Shown in pieces: positions 1 to 10,457 of a stretch of DNA of 64,000 nucleotides. The notes beneath the pieces are model-generated. The model was not told where the DNA came from. It did no database searches and saw only the letters and a list, made by a program, of their open reading frames with translations. The stretch spans positions 9,565 through 73,564 of the forward strand of contig MHOA01000007.1 in NCBI GenBank assembly GCA_001821765.1. The letters run 5' to 3'. Source of the DNA: Candidatus Ryanbacteria bacterium RIFCSPLOWO2_12_FULL_44_26 (GTDB taxonomy: Bacteria; Patescibacteriota; Minisyncoccia; Ryanbacterales; HO2-45-13). Made by a program: the position numbers and the translations under genes. Every line of letters starts with the position of its first letter. Within the stretch, counting starts at the first letter, position 1.

Positions 1-52
1 CGCGGGAGTGTGCCAGCCGTTTTTTCTAAAGGCTATAAAGTTTGTAAGCGAT

Positions 53-730
53 ATGATTTACGGCATGCTGCGGTTTTCTCTCAGGCGATATGCCCGGGAT
101 TATGCATGGCGCGTGATTGTGCGCTCCACCCGCGCGCACGTATTTATGCTCACTTTTTTTATTGCTGAAGAGACCGTTGGCTGTGAGCTTAAGCAAATGC
201 TTGCAGAGAAGTTACGTGACGCGCGGATGCGGCGGCATATTGAATATATCGCCGCAACAAGCAGAAAACACCGCGCGATTTTTGAGCGCATTATGTTTTC
301 TCTTGGGAGCGTTACGGCTGAATATGTGCCGCTTACGCAGGGAGATGTCATTCTCAAAACGAGATCAATGTTTGGAGAAGATTCCTATGAATTTTTTCTC
401 GCCGCAGCTATACTTTTTAAGCAGGAAGATGTTGAAAGTTTGCTGTCGTACGCGCGAGCTCTCGGCAGCATCGGCTTTTTTGATGTACGTGCATTGCTCA
501 GCGACATTGTTCAGGACGAAAAGATATATATAAAACAAGCGCGGAAAGAACTTGCTATACTTGCATCATTCCGAGAACGCGCTTTGCTTTTTAAGCTGGC
601 AAAGCGGATACAACGCCCATCACGCATTGCGTCGGTGAGCGTCGTCGCAAGGCGCCTTTTTACGATAACCCGTCACCCATTTTTTCTTTTTGTTTTATGG
701 TCAGCGAAATTACGCCTCCCATTGGTTTGA
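53..730 (+). CDS. Ferritin-like (di-iron four-helix bundle) protein with degenerate metal ligands
   Basis: Helical ORF with ferritin-like spacing (FIAEETVG...ATSRKHRAIF...LSDIVQDEKIYIK); the canonical ExxH pairs read SRKH and DEKIY. ATG at 53 preferred over GTG at 8. Confidence 0.45.
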   Translation: MIYGMLRFSLRRYARDYAWRVIVRSTRAHVFMLTFFIAEETVGCELKQMLAEKLRDARMRRHIEYIAATSRKHRAIFERIMFSLGSVTAEYVPLTQGDVILKTRSMFGEDSYEFFLAAAILFKQEDVESLLSYARALGSIGFFDVRALLSDIVQDEKIYIKQARKELAILASFRERALLFKLAKRIQRPSRIASVSVVARRLFTITRHPFFLFVLWSAKLRLPLV

Positions 731-1959
731 AAGCGCTTCTCATGGATGCTTTGAAGGCGCCATTTTTTCCGCGCTCGGTGTTTTCCCGGCTTTCTTGCCA
801 CAGATCGATATGTTACCGAACAGTAGTTCCTTTTCTTGTTATCATCGGCATTGTGTGGATTCATATCCACAGCTTTCTTTTGTTCCGAGATCCGATATGG
901 AGCGATGCCTCACGTTGGATTCTTTACACGTTGCTTTTTGCGGCTTTTCCCGTCGTTGTATGGTTTGGAGTTTCTCTTTTTCTCAAAAGAGTGTTCTGGA
1001 TATTCTCGGTCGATTTGCCTCTCCGGTTTTTCGAAGTGGCCGTTTTCAACTTCGTTATAGTATGGGCAATGTTGCCTCTTTTTGACATTCCGCATCTTTT
1101 TTTGCCCATTCTTCTTCTTTCTTTCCCCTTTTTTGGCACTCATCCTTTTCATTTTTCTCTTATTATTGCCGCGGTCGCCATTTCTCTTGAGTTTTTTGTT
1201 TTTCTGCGGGTGTGGCTGCGGGCGCGCGTCTTGTGGGCGCTCCTTGCATCGCTCGCCGTGCTTCCGTTTGCGAAAATCGTTTTAGAAGACCTTGGGTTTC
1301 TCGTTGAAGAGTTTGTGTGGCGGTCTGGTTGGATCAGAGGAAAATACGACGACTCTGTTTTTGGATTTATTGTTGCTGTTCCTCTGCAGGCAAGTTTGAT
1401 CGTATGGAGAGGGCTTGAGGTTGGATGGTCTCGCGCAAAAATCGCAAGCGCAGTTTTTCTGCTTTCTGCGGCATCTTTCGGTATTGGGTTTGCTACGCTA
1501 CGCAACGTAACGCCCATTTTCCCGGGTTACGCGACCGACTCGGGCTTTCTTGACTCATCCGATGGAGTCTCAAAAACAGAGGATTTTGTGTTTGAGGATT
1601 CGGTGGTGTTCCCGTTTGATCCGTTACTCGAGCCCATCGGAGAGCTTCGCTGCATCGTGCAGTTTCTTGAAGGGACGCATCGCGCAGAAAAAAAACGAGG
1701 CTCGCCGAAGGCGCGTTGCGATTTTGCGCCGGGACCTGATGTCGGAGAAGGCGAATATGCCTTCAAAGGAGACACATGGGAAGAACTTGAAGGAGAAGCG
1801 CGTATGGTGACGCGCTGGAAAGATCCAGAATTACTTCGGATGCTCACCCCGCGTAATAACGACGTTCGGATTCATGTCGAGACAGCGCCGGGCGACCGCG
1901 CAGTATTCAGCGGCGTCTGGATTGATTGGACGCCTCTTGGAAATGGGCGCACGCCATGA
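697..1959 (+). CDS. Polytopic membrane protein with a C-terminal soluble domain, function unknown
   Basis: 420-aa ORF, many hydrophobic segments followed by about 140 polar residues; overlaps the previous ORF as in an operon. Confidence 0.6.
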   Translation: MVSEITPPIGLKALLMDALKAPFFPRSVFSRLSCHRSICYRTVVPFLVIIGIVWIHIHSFLLFRDPIWSDASRWILYTLLFAAFPVVVWFGVSLFLKRVFWIFSVDLPLRFFEVAVFNFVIVWAMLPLFDIPHLFLPILLLSFPFFGTHPFHFSLIIAAVAISLEFFVFLRVWLRARVLWALLASLAVLPFAKIVLEDLGFLVEEFVWRSGWIRGKYDDSVFGFIVAVPLQASLIVWRGLEVGWSRAKIASAVFLLSAASFGIGFATLRNVTPIFPGYATDSGFLDSSDGVSKTEDFVFEDSVVFPFDPLLEPIGELRCIVQFLEGTHRAEKKRGSPKARCDFAPGPDVGEGEYAFKGDTWEELEGEARMVTRWKDPELLRMLTPRNNDVRIHVETAPGDRAVFSGVWIDWTPLGNGRTP

Positions 1960-2642
1960 GAGTTTTATAGTTGCTCTTGCGTTTATGGTTACTGGAGTGG
2001 AGCTTGTGTGCAACGACGGTGCATGGTAGTTAATATTTGGCGTTCTCTTAAGCGACGAGCGAGCGGCAGGAGCACAGGCGCTCATCTTTTGAGGACATTC
2101 GTGCTTTGCCAGATTATCTTCATACTTGTTTACTTGAGCATTAGCGCGAGAAGTAGTGCATATATGACAGCACGTGACATAATATAGAGAAAATCGGCGC
2201 CTTGGAAGCAGTTGTGCCAGAGCTGCGATTTACATCGCATATTGCATGAGAGATTGAGTAGTCAAGAGAGGCGCTTATGCACAAGAAAGAACGAATTTCA
2301 TTGGCACTTGAGTTTTTTTCTTCTCAAAAAATCCTCGAAGGCGGTTTTGTTGTATTTCTTGATGTATTTCGGACAGAGTTGCAAAGCAAGAGGATTGCTG
2401 TGCCGCCGGAGCTTGATGAGATTTTTAAGGAAGAGCATGAACGTGTTGGTTTGAACGATACGGTTTCGAAGCATCTTGCCGCGCCGTGTCGATTACGCTT
2501 TCTCGAGAGAAACTGCCGGAAAATTATCAGCCGTGCGCGGAGGACATGGTTACGGCACATTCTTGCAGGACTCTCAAAACATGCACATACATACACGTTT
2601 CGGTCCTTGCTTGTGCCTCTTCGGCTCTACGCTCTTTTTTGA
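1956..2642 (+). pseudogene. Possible decayed second ferritin-like gene; only the 3' part (2277-2642) is open
   Basis: ATG at 1956 overlaps the upstream TGA (ATGA) and is in frame with ORF 2277-2642, but 8 in-frame stops intervene. Reads LLEH*REK* and FKEEHERVG, reminiscent of ferritin-like ExxH segments. Confidence 0.3.
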
Positions 2643-2663
2643 TCGTGTGTTAGAGTCAGGGGC

Positions 2664-3674
2664 ATGGATGCAATAAAGGTGTATACGACCCGAATCCCCG
2701 GATTTTTGCTTGCGCGGGCGCTTCGCCGGTTTGGCATTTGTTCTGGGCGAGTTAAGATTTCTTCCGCGCCGTTTTCAGAAAAGAGTGCTGCCGAGCCCGT
2801 TGCAATTTTAATTCAGCCAGGAGGCATACAAGCGCTTGAGCAACTCGGCGTCTCGCCTAATGTTCTTTATAAAAAAGGGGCGCGCATTGTACGCGGCGTT
2901 ATCTTTGATAAAAGAGCGAAAACGCTTTTATCGTTCGATACCCGTCAGTTTCCGGCAATGCCCGCAGGGTGCAGTATAGAACTTGAGGAGCTGCGTACGG
3001 TATGTGCGCCTGAAAGTTTCGAGTTCTCTATGCAGGCGGGAGTAGCAGAAAAGCACATGTGGAGTTTTACTCCGTGTCCGGGGATATTTTTACGCGTTGT
3101 CCGTGGTGAATTGTATGATCCAGCAAGGCAGATTATATGGGACCTGCCCGGAGCGCATATCGGAGTTGCGCCGCTTGCGCGCAGAAAGATCCTTTTATGG
3201 AGCATCCCGAAGCAGAGTGTCATGAAAGATTTTGAAGAATCGGTTGCTCGCACGCAACTCGACTTCACTTTGCAAAAGCGTAACTTTATTTTTCTTGCCA
3301 TTGGTGACCTTCTTTATGAGCGGTGGTTTCCTCTTGCGAATGTAGGGTATCGGCCTTCATGGGACGGAGAACATCTTCACTGGGGAGCGTCATCGCTTCG
3401 TCTCCATCCACTAACCGGTCAGTTTGTGAGTTATTGGGCATTGCAAGCTCAATGGCTTGCCCGGGAGATTGCGACGAAAGGGTCGCTTACCGCTGAACTT
3501 GCACGCGAGCTTGACAGAAGAAATCAAAGAATGTTTTGGTCGCACAAAAGAGCGCTCAATTATTATCTAAAACCAAATGTTTTTTGGAAATCAGTATTTC
3601 GGCCGTATGCATTTGCTATGCGTCATTTTCCTTTCCTTAAAAGGCGTGTTATAAAAAAACTCGCCTTGCTTTGA
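2664..3674 (+). CDS. FAD-dependent monooxygenase-like protein (UbiH/PHBH fold) with degenerate FAD motifs
   Basis: ILIQPGGIQALEQLGV and LHPLTGQ match the family; GxGxxG is replaced by TTRIPG and GDAAH by GASSL. Confidence 0.55.
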   Translation: MDAIKVYTTRIPGFLLARALRRFGICSGRVKISSAPFSEKSAAEPVAILIQPGGIQALEQLGVSPNVLYKKGARIVRGVIFDKRAKTLLSFDTRQFPAMPAGCSIELEELRTVCAPESFEFSMQAGVAEKHMWSFTPCPGIFLRVVRGELYDPARQIIWDLPGAHIGVAPLARRKILLWSIPKQSVMKDFEESVARTQLDFTLQKRNFIFLAIGDLLYERWFPLANVGYRPSWDGEHLHWGASSLRLHPLTGQFVSYWALQAQWLAREIATKGSLTAELARELDRRNQRMFWSHKRALNYYLKPNVFWKSVFRPYAFAMRHFPFLKRRVIKKLALL

Positions 3675-3905
3675 AGCCATGCCCGTAAGGTTGGTTATTT
3701 TTATCAAACCTGCATAGACCTTGCTGCTTTTGTATTTACCTTTTGTAAGTTATATGAACTTGAGCGGCTTGGCGGCGCGGATATGTTTGATATTATTGGA
3801 AGCCCGCGTGAAACGGGTATAAAAACTGACATGATAACTCACTTGAAAAGAAAAACTGTCTTCTATACTATAGGGTATAATGTTGAATCAGCACGTTGAT
3901 GGTAT

Positions 3906-6410
3906 ATGAAATTATTTACATCACTTTTTAAACGGGATACATCAACAGATACCACGCAGGGTGATATTGTTGACGATGGGTTTGTTTCAGAAACAGATGT
4001 CGTCCTGATGGAGGAAACCGACACAGTAGAGCAAAGCGGAGGTTTGACGTTCCAGAGTATTGCGCGCTGGGCGCTCTATCTTCTTATATTGTTTTTGCCG
4101 ATTTGGTTTTTGCCGGCGACCATTTTCCCTGTTGAGATGAACAAAGCCTTTCTTGCGCTTGCGCTTTCACTCATTGCGCTTGTGGCATGGATTGGAAGAA
4201 GCCTGCAAGAGGGCAGGATAACAGTGGCGCGGTCTCCCGTTATTTGGACGTTTGCGGCTTTTATTGTTGTATGGCTGGTTGCGTCGCTGTTTTCACAAAA
4301 TATATCCTTGTCGCTTTTTGGCTTTGGCGGCGAACCAACAACACTCATTACGTTCATAGCGGGGGGGCTTATGCTTTTTCTTATACCTTCCGTCCTTACC
4401 AATAAAGAACATTTGGTAAAAGCATATGTTATTATTCTTTTGTCTGCCCTGCTTGTTTTTGTATGGTTTTTCCTAAGGAGCATTTTGGATATACCGCTTT
4501 TTGGTGAGCGGGCGTTTAACACCATCGGTTCCTGGAATGGACTCGGCGCCTTTACGGGTTTTGTTTTGGCGATTGTTTTTCCGTTTTTAGGAGCCGCTTC
4601 CGCGCATATTTTTCGCAAGATAGCATTCATATTTTTAATCATCGGCTTTCTTGCAACGCTTGTGATCAATCTTTTGTGGGCTTGGGCCGGTATCGGTGTT
4701 GTTGCTCTTATATTTTTCTCTCTTTATTTTTCTACTGGAAGGCGGCGTTCACCCCTGTTTGTTGTGACGTTTCTCCTTATTATTACGTCTATTCTTTTCG
4801 TGTTGCTGAATAGTCCTTTAAGATCAATAGCTGAAAACTTTGGAGCAACGGCTGAAGTGGTTCCATCATTTGAAGGGACATTGAAGGTTGCAAAAAGCGT
4901 ACTTGAAACCTCGCCTGTTTTCGGTTTCGGCCCCAATACATTCGGGCTTGCGTGGGAAAAATTTAAGCCGCAAGGCGTGTTGTTCACGCCGTTTTGGAAT
5001 GTGCGGTTTAATCAGGGAAGCGGGACAGTTGCCACTATTCTTGTAGAAGGCGGGATTGCCGGAGCGGTGTTTTTTCTGATTTTCTTGGGCCTGCTTCTTG
5101 TAAGCGGCATCAAGGCAATTACGAAAAACCCCTATAGCGATGAAGATATATGGGACAGCGCCCTGTTGAGTTCCTTTTTCAGCGCAACGCTGTTTCTTTT
5201 TTTCTTGTGGTTTGTTTATCCGGTAAATGTTACGCTCGTCCTGCTGTCATTTGTTGTCGCCGGGCTTTTCATTGCCTCCGCGACGTTTGTTGGAGTTGGG
5301 AAAGTGTCAACAGTGTATCTATTTTCAAGCGTGACGAAGGGGTTTGTGGCCTCACTTGCGATGATAGTGACCGTAATCGTTTCGGTTATTGGTTTGTATT
5401 TTGGGACGGCAAAGTATGTGTCACATATTTTTTACCGCAGCGGTCTTGATATATATAATACTGAAGGGTCAATCAATAGCGCTCAAAACAAGATACAACG
5501 GGGTATTGAATTTTATGGGGAACAAGACAGATATTGGAGAACGCTTGCGGAGCTGGAGATTGTTAAGATGAACCGGGCTTTGAATGTGCAGGATATTTCA
5601 GAAGCGGAGAGAGCAAGCAGATTTCAAAATGCCCTTGGGCGATCAATTGAGTACGGAAGAAAAGCCGCTGAAATAAACGGCGCTGATCCGCAGAACTGGA
5701 GGGTGCTGGGCAGAGTATATGAAACCGCGATTCCATTTATTGACGGCGCCGAGAGCTTTGCTGTCCAGCATTATACAAAGGCAAGGGAGTTTTCTCCGCG
5801 CGATCCCTCTCTTGCCGCCGATCTTGCGCGCACGCATCTTAGCGCTGCCAACGCCATCATACAGAGAAGCGGTGATGTGGATTCACCGCAGGCGGCAGAA
5901 AAACGCAAAAGTGCCGTTAAGTTTCTTGAAGAGACACTTGTGCTAAAGAATGATTATGCTTCAGCCCATTTTCTCTTGGCCCAGCTTTACGCGTTTGAGG
6001 GAAGAACAAGTGAGGCGATCCAGCGTGCGGCAACGGCCTTTCAATTAGTTCCGCAGGACGTTGGTGTCGCATTTCAACTTGGCGTGCTTCATTACCAGGC
6101 CGGAGATTTCCAAAGCGCCAAGTTCGCATTTGAGCGCGCTATAACTTTAAATGAAAAATATTCGAATGCAAGATACTTCTTAGGCTTGATCCTTGCTACG
6201 GAAGGGGACACCAACGGCGCAATTGAGCAATTTGAGAACATCATTCAACTCAATCCCGGGAATGAAGAGATAAGGAGTATATTAACCAATCTCAAGAGCG
6301 AGAAAGACGCGCTGGAGGGTATTGTTCCTCCAGCCGTTTCGCCCGAGGATCGCCTTTCTCCTCCAATAGATGAGCCGAGCAGAGAAACAGGAGATGTAGA
6401 CATAGAATAA
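3906..6410 (+). CDS. O-antigen ligase/Wzy_C-like polytopic membrane protein with C-terminal TPR repeats
   Basis: More than 10 TM segments, PVFGFGPNTF and ILVEGGIAG motifs, C-terminal TPRs (YSNARYFLGLILATEGDTNGAIEQF). Confidence 0.75.
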   Translation: MKLFTSLFKRDTSTDTTQGDIVDDGFVSETDVVLMEETDTVEQSGGLTFQSIARWALYLLILFLPIWFLPATIFPVEMNKAFLALALSLIALVAWIGRSLQEGRITVARSPVIWTFAAFIVVWLVASLFSQNISLSLFGFGGEPTTLITFIAGGLMLFLIPSVLTNKEHLVKAYVIILLSALLVFVWFFLRSILDIPLFGERAFNTIGSWNGLGAFTGFVLAIVFPFLGAASAHIFRKIAFIFLIIGFLATLVINLLWAWAGIGVVALIFFSLYFSTGRRRSPLFVVTFLLIITSILFVLLNSPLRSIAENFGATAEVVPSFEGTLKVAKSVLETSPVFGFGPNTFGLAWEKFKPQGVLFTPFWNVRFNQGSGTVATILVEGGIAGAVFFLIFLGLLLVSGIKAITKNPYSDEDIWDSALLSSFFSATLFLFFLWFVYPVNVTLVLLSFVVAGLFIASATFVGVGKVSTVYLFSSVTKGFVASLAMIVTVIVSVIGLYFGTAKYVSHIFYRSGLDIYNTEGSINSAQNKIQRGIEFYGEQDRYWRTLAELEIVKMNRALNVQDISEAERASRFQNALGRSIEYGRKAAEINGADPQNWRVLGRVYETAIPFIDGAESFAVQHYTKAREFSPRDPSLAADLARTHLSAANAIIQRSGDVDSPQAAEKRKSAVKFLEETLVLKNDYASAHFLLAQLYAFEGRTSEAIQRAATAFQLVPQDVGVAFQLGVLHYQAGDFQSAKFAFERAITLNEKYSNARYFLGLILATEGDTNGAIEQFENIIQLNPGNEEIRSILTNLKSEKDALEGIVPPAVSPEDRLSPPIDEPSRETGDVDIE

Positions 6411-6414
6411 CACC

Positions 6415-8085
6415 GTGAACATTTTTCACTTGTTTAAGAGTGAGCAACAAGGAGTGCATGCCGCTGCACTCCTTTTAGCGCTCGCTTCCGTTGTCAACGC
6501 GTTGCTTGCTCTTTTGAGAGATCGGCTGCTTGCCGGGCAGTTCGGCGCATCAGCTGAACTTGATATATACTATGCTGCCTTTCGTGTCCCTGACATTATT
6601 TATGCGTTTGCTCTTCTGTTTGTGGCTTCAACAGCTTTTATTCCGGTGTTCCTTGAACATCGCCAGCAATCGAGCAGCAGCGCAAAAGAGTTGCTGGATG
6701 CGGCGTTTACCTCCTTTTTCCTTGCTGTTGGATTATTGGTATTTATGGCGTATCTCCTGCTCCCGTTTGTTATTCCTTATACAGTACCGGGCTTTGATGC
6801 CGAGTCGCGTACCACGGTGTTGAAACTCGCATCGGTGCTGTTGCTTTCTCCGCTTCTTTTGGGGCTTTCTAATCTTGTTGCCGGAGTCATCCAATCATTT
6901 AAGAGATTTTTTATTTATGCCTTAAGTCCCGTTTTTTATAACATTGGCATTATCATAGGAATTCTGTTTTTCTTGCCGCGGTTTGGGCTTACCGGGCTGG
7001 TGTGGGGCGTGATATTGGGAGCATTCATGCATTTTCTTATTCAAGTGCCTAGTCTCATTACGCTCGGTTATTTTCCTTTTTTTAATAAAGTGTTTAAAAA
7101 AGGTGTTGGTAAGATTATTCGGCTTTCATTCCCCCGCGCGCTGGCGCTTTCTTTTCATCAACTTACATTTTTTGCCATCACTGCTATTGCGTCTACCCTC
7201 GGCGCAGGCGCTATCGCCGTTTTTCAGCTCTCATATAACTTACAATCGTTGCCGCTTGCGATTGTGGGGCTTTCGTATAGTGTTGCGGCGTTTCCAACGC
7301 TCTCCGAGCTCTCTCTTGCAAAAGAGCGCAGCATGTTCTTTCGGCAGTTTACCTCTGTAGTTCGTCACATTCTTTTTTGGACTGTTCCGATAAGCTTTCT
7401 TTTTATTGTGCTCCGCGCGCACATTGTTCGTGTTGTTCTTGGGAGCGGCGCGTTTGACTGGATTGATACACGTCTTACCGCCGCAAGCCTTCTGCTTTTC
7501 AGTTTTGGTATTGTAGCGCAAAGTTTGATCCATTTTTTCGTGCGTTCTTATTACGCGCTTGGGAGAACGCGCGAACCGGTTATGTATAACTTCTTTGGGT
7601 TTGCGTTGATCGTGCTGTTTTCCGTGGCGTTTTTGTATATGGCAAACACCTTTCCTTTATTGAAGCACTTTTTCATGAGTTTGCTGCGTGTTGAGGATCT
7701 TCGTGGAGTCGGCATTCTCGTCCTCCCGCTTGCGTACGTGCTCGGCACAACAGTGAATGCCTTTTTACTGATTTATTCTCTTTGGCATACTGACAAAGGA
7801 GAGGAAAAATGGGAGCTGCGGCGGGCGTTTAGGGAGATATTCGGGGCCGGTATGGTTATGGCCGTTGTAACATTTATTATGCTACGCGTGTTTGCCTCCT
7901 TTTTGAATATCAACACGTTTTTTGGAGTGTTGTTGCACGGCTTGCTTTCGGGGACGATTGGTATTGTTGCCGGCATTTGGCTGCTAAAGCATATGCGTAA
8001 TCGCGAGATGGAAGAGGTGATCGGTGCGTTTAAGAGCCGGTTTTGGAGAAAAAAACCGTTACAGCCGGAAACAGAACACCTCTAA
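6415..8085 (+). CDS. murJ: Lipid II flippase MurJ (MviN)
   Basis: RDRLLAGQFGAS-ELDIYYAAFRVPD N-terminus, AFIPVF, AAFPTLS, RSYYALG motifs; polytopic membrane protein. Confidence 0.9.
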   Translation: MNIFHLFKSEQQGVHAAALLLALASVVNALLALLRDRLLAGQFGASAELDIYYAAFRVPDIIYAFALLFVASTAFIPVFLEHRQQSSSSAKELLDAAFTSFFLAVGLLVFMAYLLLPFVIPYTVPGFDAESRTTVLKLASVLLLSPLLLGLSNLVAGVIQSFKRFFIYALSPVFYNIGIIIGILFFLPRFGLTGLVWGVILGAFMHFLIQVPSLITLGYFPFFNKVFKKGVGKIIRLSFPRALALSFHQLTFFAITAIASTLGAGAIAVFQLSYNLQSLPLAIVGLSYSVAAFPTLSELSLAKERSMFFRQFTSVVRHILFWTVPISFLFIVLRAHIVRVVLGSGAFDWIDTRLTAASLLLFSFGIVAQSLIHFFVRSYYALGRTREPVMYNFFGFALIVLFSVAFLYMANTFPLLKHFFMSLLRVEDLRGVGILVLPLAYVLGTTVNAFLLIYSLWHTDKGEEKWELRRAFREIFGAGMVMAVVTFIMLRVFASFLNINTFFGVLLHGLLSGTIGIVAGIWLLKHMRNREMEEVIGAFKSRFWRKKPLQPETEHL

Positions 8086-8128
8086 TTTATATTGGTTGGT
8101 TTTATAAGAATATCGAAAGCGCGAGGAA

Positions 8129-9922
8129 ATGGAACAATTAAGCAACATCCGGAATTTTTCTATTATCAGTCACATTGACCACGGTAAAAGCACGCTCGCC
8201 GACAGATTTTTGGAATTGACGCATACCGTGGATGCGCGCCATATGCGTGCACAGATGCTGGATACCATGGATCTTGAGCGGGAACGCGGTATTACCATAA
8301 AAATGCAGCCTGTTAGGATGAACTACAAATTAAAAACTGCAAACTATATATTAAATCTGATTGACACCCCCGGCCACATTGATTTTTCTTATGAAGTCTC
8401 CCGGGCCCTTGCGGCCTGTGAGGGGGCGATTTTGCTTGTTGACGCGTCTCAAGGAGTGCAGGCGCAGACATTGTCGCATTTTCATGTCGCGCGCTCTCTT
8501 CAGCTGCCGCTTCTTCCCGTAATAAATAAAATTGATTTATCTTACGCGAATGTGGAAGGGGCTAAAGAGGAACTGACAACTCTCGGATTTAAAAGAGAGG
8601 ACATCCACAAGGTTTCTGCGAGAGAAAACATAGGTGTTGAGGAGTTATTGGAAAAAGTGCTCCATAAGATACCGCCGCCGAAAAGCACGGGGGAAATTCC
8701 CCGCGCATTAATATTTGATTCGTTATACGATGAGCATGGCGGTGTGATAGCGTACGTTCGCATTTTTGACGGAGCTATAAAAAAGGGCGACAAACTGTTT
8801 CTTTTAGCCGCTGGAAAGCAGTGTGAGGCAAAAGAAGTTGGTTTTTTTACTCCGGCCAGAAAGCCGGCTGGCATCCTTGCAGCCGGCGAGATTGGGTATG
8901 TGGTAACGGGACTGAAGTCAATGGATGCGGTGAGGATTGGAGATACCATCACCGCTTTGCCGGCCGCAAGTCGTTATAATGTAAAGCCGCTTGGCGGATA
9001 TAAAGAGCCGAAGCCGGTTGTGTGGGCGAGTTTTTTTCCGGAAACGGCAGGTGTATTTGTTCAGCTGGGAGATGCGTTGAAAAAACTGCGTTTAAATGAT
9101 GCCGCGCTTGCTTTTGAGGAATGTTCCACCAGTTTTCTGGGAAGGGGGTATCAATGCGGATTTTTAGGGGCACTGCATCTCGAAATAGTCGCTGAACGCC
9201 TCCGCCGTGAATTTGGTCTTTCTTTTATTATAACAGCTCCGTCTGTTAGTTATCGGGTATATATAAAAGGCCAACGAAAGATTATTGTTTCTCCTCACTT
9301 GTTTCCCCCAAAAGGAGCAGCCGATAAAGTTGAGGAGCCGATTATAAGAGCTACAATTATTATTCCCGAACGGCACGTTGCGTCTGTTTTGAAATTGAAT
9401 CAGAGGTTTGAGATGCATGTCGGGGATATGGAATCATTTGGCGCCGAGCGGCTTATGGTGCAAGCAACGATGCCGCTTAGAACGTTTGTGAAAGATTTTT
9501 TTGACACGCTCCATAGCGTGACATCCGGCTATGCTTCTATACATTACGAGCACGCCAGCTGGCAGGAAACCGAGCTTATTCGAATAGACGTTGCGGTAGC
9601 CGGTGACGTTGTGGAAGCGTTAAGCCGTGTTGTTTCTCCTGCGTCGGCAGTGCGGGAGGCCAAATCTGTTGTAACGGCGCTGAAAGACATTCTTCCAAAA
9701 GAGCAGTTTGAGGTCAAGATTCAGGCTATTTGTAACGGAAGGATCATAGCCTCCGAGAGACTGTCGCCCCTTAAAAAGGATGTCACAGGTTATCTTTACG
9801 GAGGAGACAGGACCCGCAAGATGAAATTATGGAAAAAACAAAAAGAAGGCAAGAAAAAGTTAAAGGGAAAAGGGAAAGTGCATATTTCAACAGAGACATT
9901 TCTAAAACTTCTCCGAAAGTAG
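8129..9922 (+). CDS. lepA: Translation elongation factor 4 (LepA)
   Basis: IRNFSIISHIDHGKSTLADR, DTPGHIDF, NKID, GFLGALHLEI, LYGGDRTRKMKLWKKQKEGKKK. Confidence 0.97.
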   Translation: MEQLSNIRNFSIISHIDHGKSTLADRFLELTHTVDARHMRAQMLDTMDLERERGITIKMQPVRMNYKLKTANYILNLIDTPGHIDFSYEVSRALAACEGAILLVDASQGVQAQTLSHFHVARSLQLPLLPVINKIDLSYANVEGAKEELTTLGFKREDIHKVSARENIGVEELLEKVLHKIPPPKSTGEIPRALIFDSLYDEHGGVIAYVRIFDGAIKKGDKLFLLAAGKQCEAKEVGFFTPARKPAGILAAGEIGYVVTGLKSMDAVRIGDTITALPAASRYNVKPLGGYKEPKPVVWASFFPETAGVFVQLGDALKKLRLNDAALAFEECSTSFLGRGYQCGFLGALHLEIVAERLRREFGLSFIITAPSVSYRVYIKGQRKIIVSPHLFPPKGAADKVEEPIIRATIIIPERHVASVLKLNQRFEMHVGDMESFGAERLMVQATMPLRTFVKDFFDTLHSVTSGYASIHYEHASWQETELIRIDVAVAGDVVEALSRVVSPASAVREAKSVVTALKDILPKEQFEVKIQAICNGRIIASERLSPLKKDVTGYLYGGDRTRKMKLWKKQKEGKKKLKGKGKVHISTETFLKLLRK

Positions 9923-9943
9923 TGTTTGCGAAAGAGCGTGGAC

Positions 9944-10045
9944 TTAAAAAAGAAACGGGATAATGGTAAAGCCAATCATCCCAATAATAGCTGCAATAGA
10001 AATCACCATCCAGATGACGTGAAATTTTTTCCTTTTTTGCTTCAT
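9944..10045 (-). CDS. Small 33-aa membrane protein (DUF4044/Prli42-like pattern), not in the ORF track
   Basis: Hand translation MKQKRKKFHVIWMVISIAAIIGMIGFTIIPFLF*: basic N-terminus plus one TM helix; fills the lepA-ftsB gap. Confidence 0.65.
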   Translation of the reverse strand: MKQKRKKFHVIWMVISIAAIIGMIGFTIIPFLF

Positions 10046-10068
10046 ATTTCCTGTAGTATGATGAAAAT

Positions 10069-10452
10069 ATGAGTTTGTTTCAAGAGCATCGGAGATGGCA
10101 TAAGTTGTTGGGTTCCCGCCCGGTTTCGGTTGTTTTATGGGCGGTTATACTGGTGCTTTCAGTAAAAGTGATTGGGGTATATCTCGAAATTCGCGACATA
10201 AAAGATATTGTTTCTGAAACAGAAAATGAAATTGTTTCACTTCAGGCAAGAACCTCGGATTTTAAAGACAAGGTTGCCATGATAAAAGAAGGAAAGGGCG
10301 TTGAAAAGGAGGTGCGCACGCGTTTTAATATGAAAAAATCCGGTGAAAACACCGTAGTTATTGTTGAAGATGCCGAGAGTGGAAAGGAGCTTGAGCAGCG
10401 CAAAGAAACGGCAGGACTGTTTGCTTGGCTTAAGTCGCTATTGGGATTTTAA
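10069..10452 (+). CDS. Septum formation initiator (FtsB/DivIC family)
   Basis: One TM helix, coiled coil, then VEKEVRTRFNMKKSGENTVVIV (the family's ARxxLxMxKxGE motif). Confidence 0.8.
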   Translation: MSLFQEHRRWHKLLGSRPVSVVLWAVILVLSVKVIGVYLEIRDIKDIVSETENEIVSLQARTSDFKDKVAMIKEGKGVEKEVRTRFNMKKSGENTVVIVEDAESGKELEQRKETAGLFAWLKSLLGF

Positions 10453-10457
10453 GGGGA

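Noticed and set aside
1956-2276. Stop-codon reassignment (code 25 or similar)
   Set aside because: The interruptions mix TAG, TAA and TGA, and other genes end in TGA normally, including the prfB shift site.
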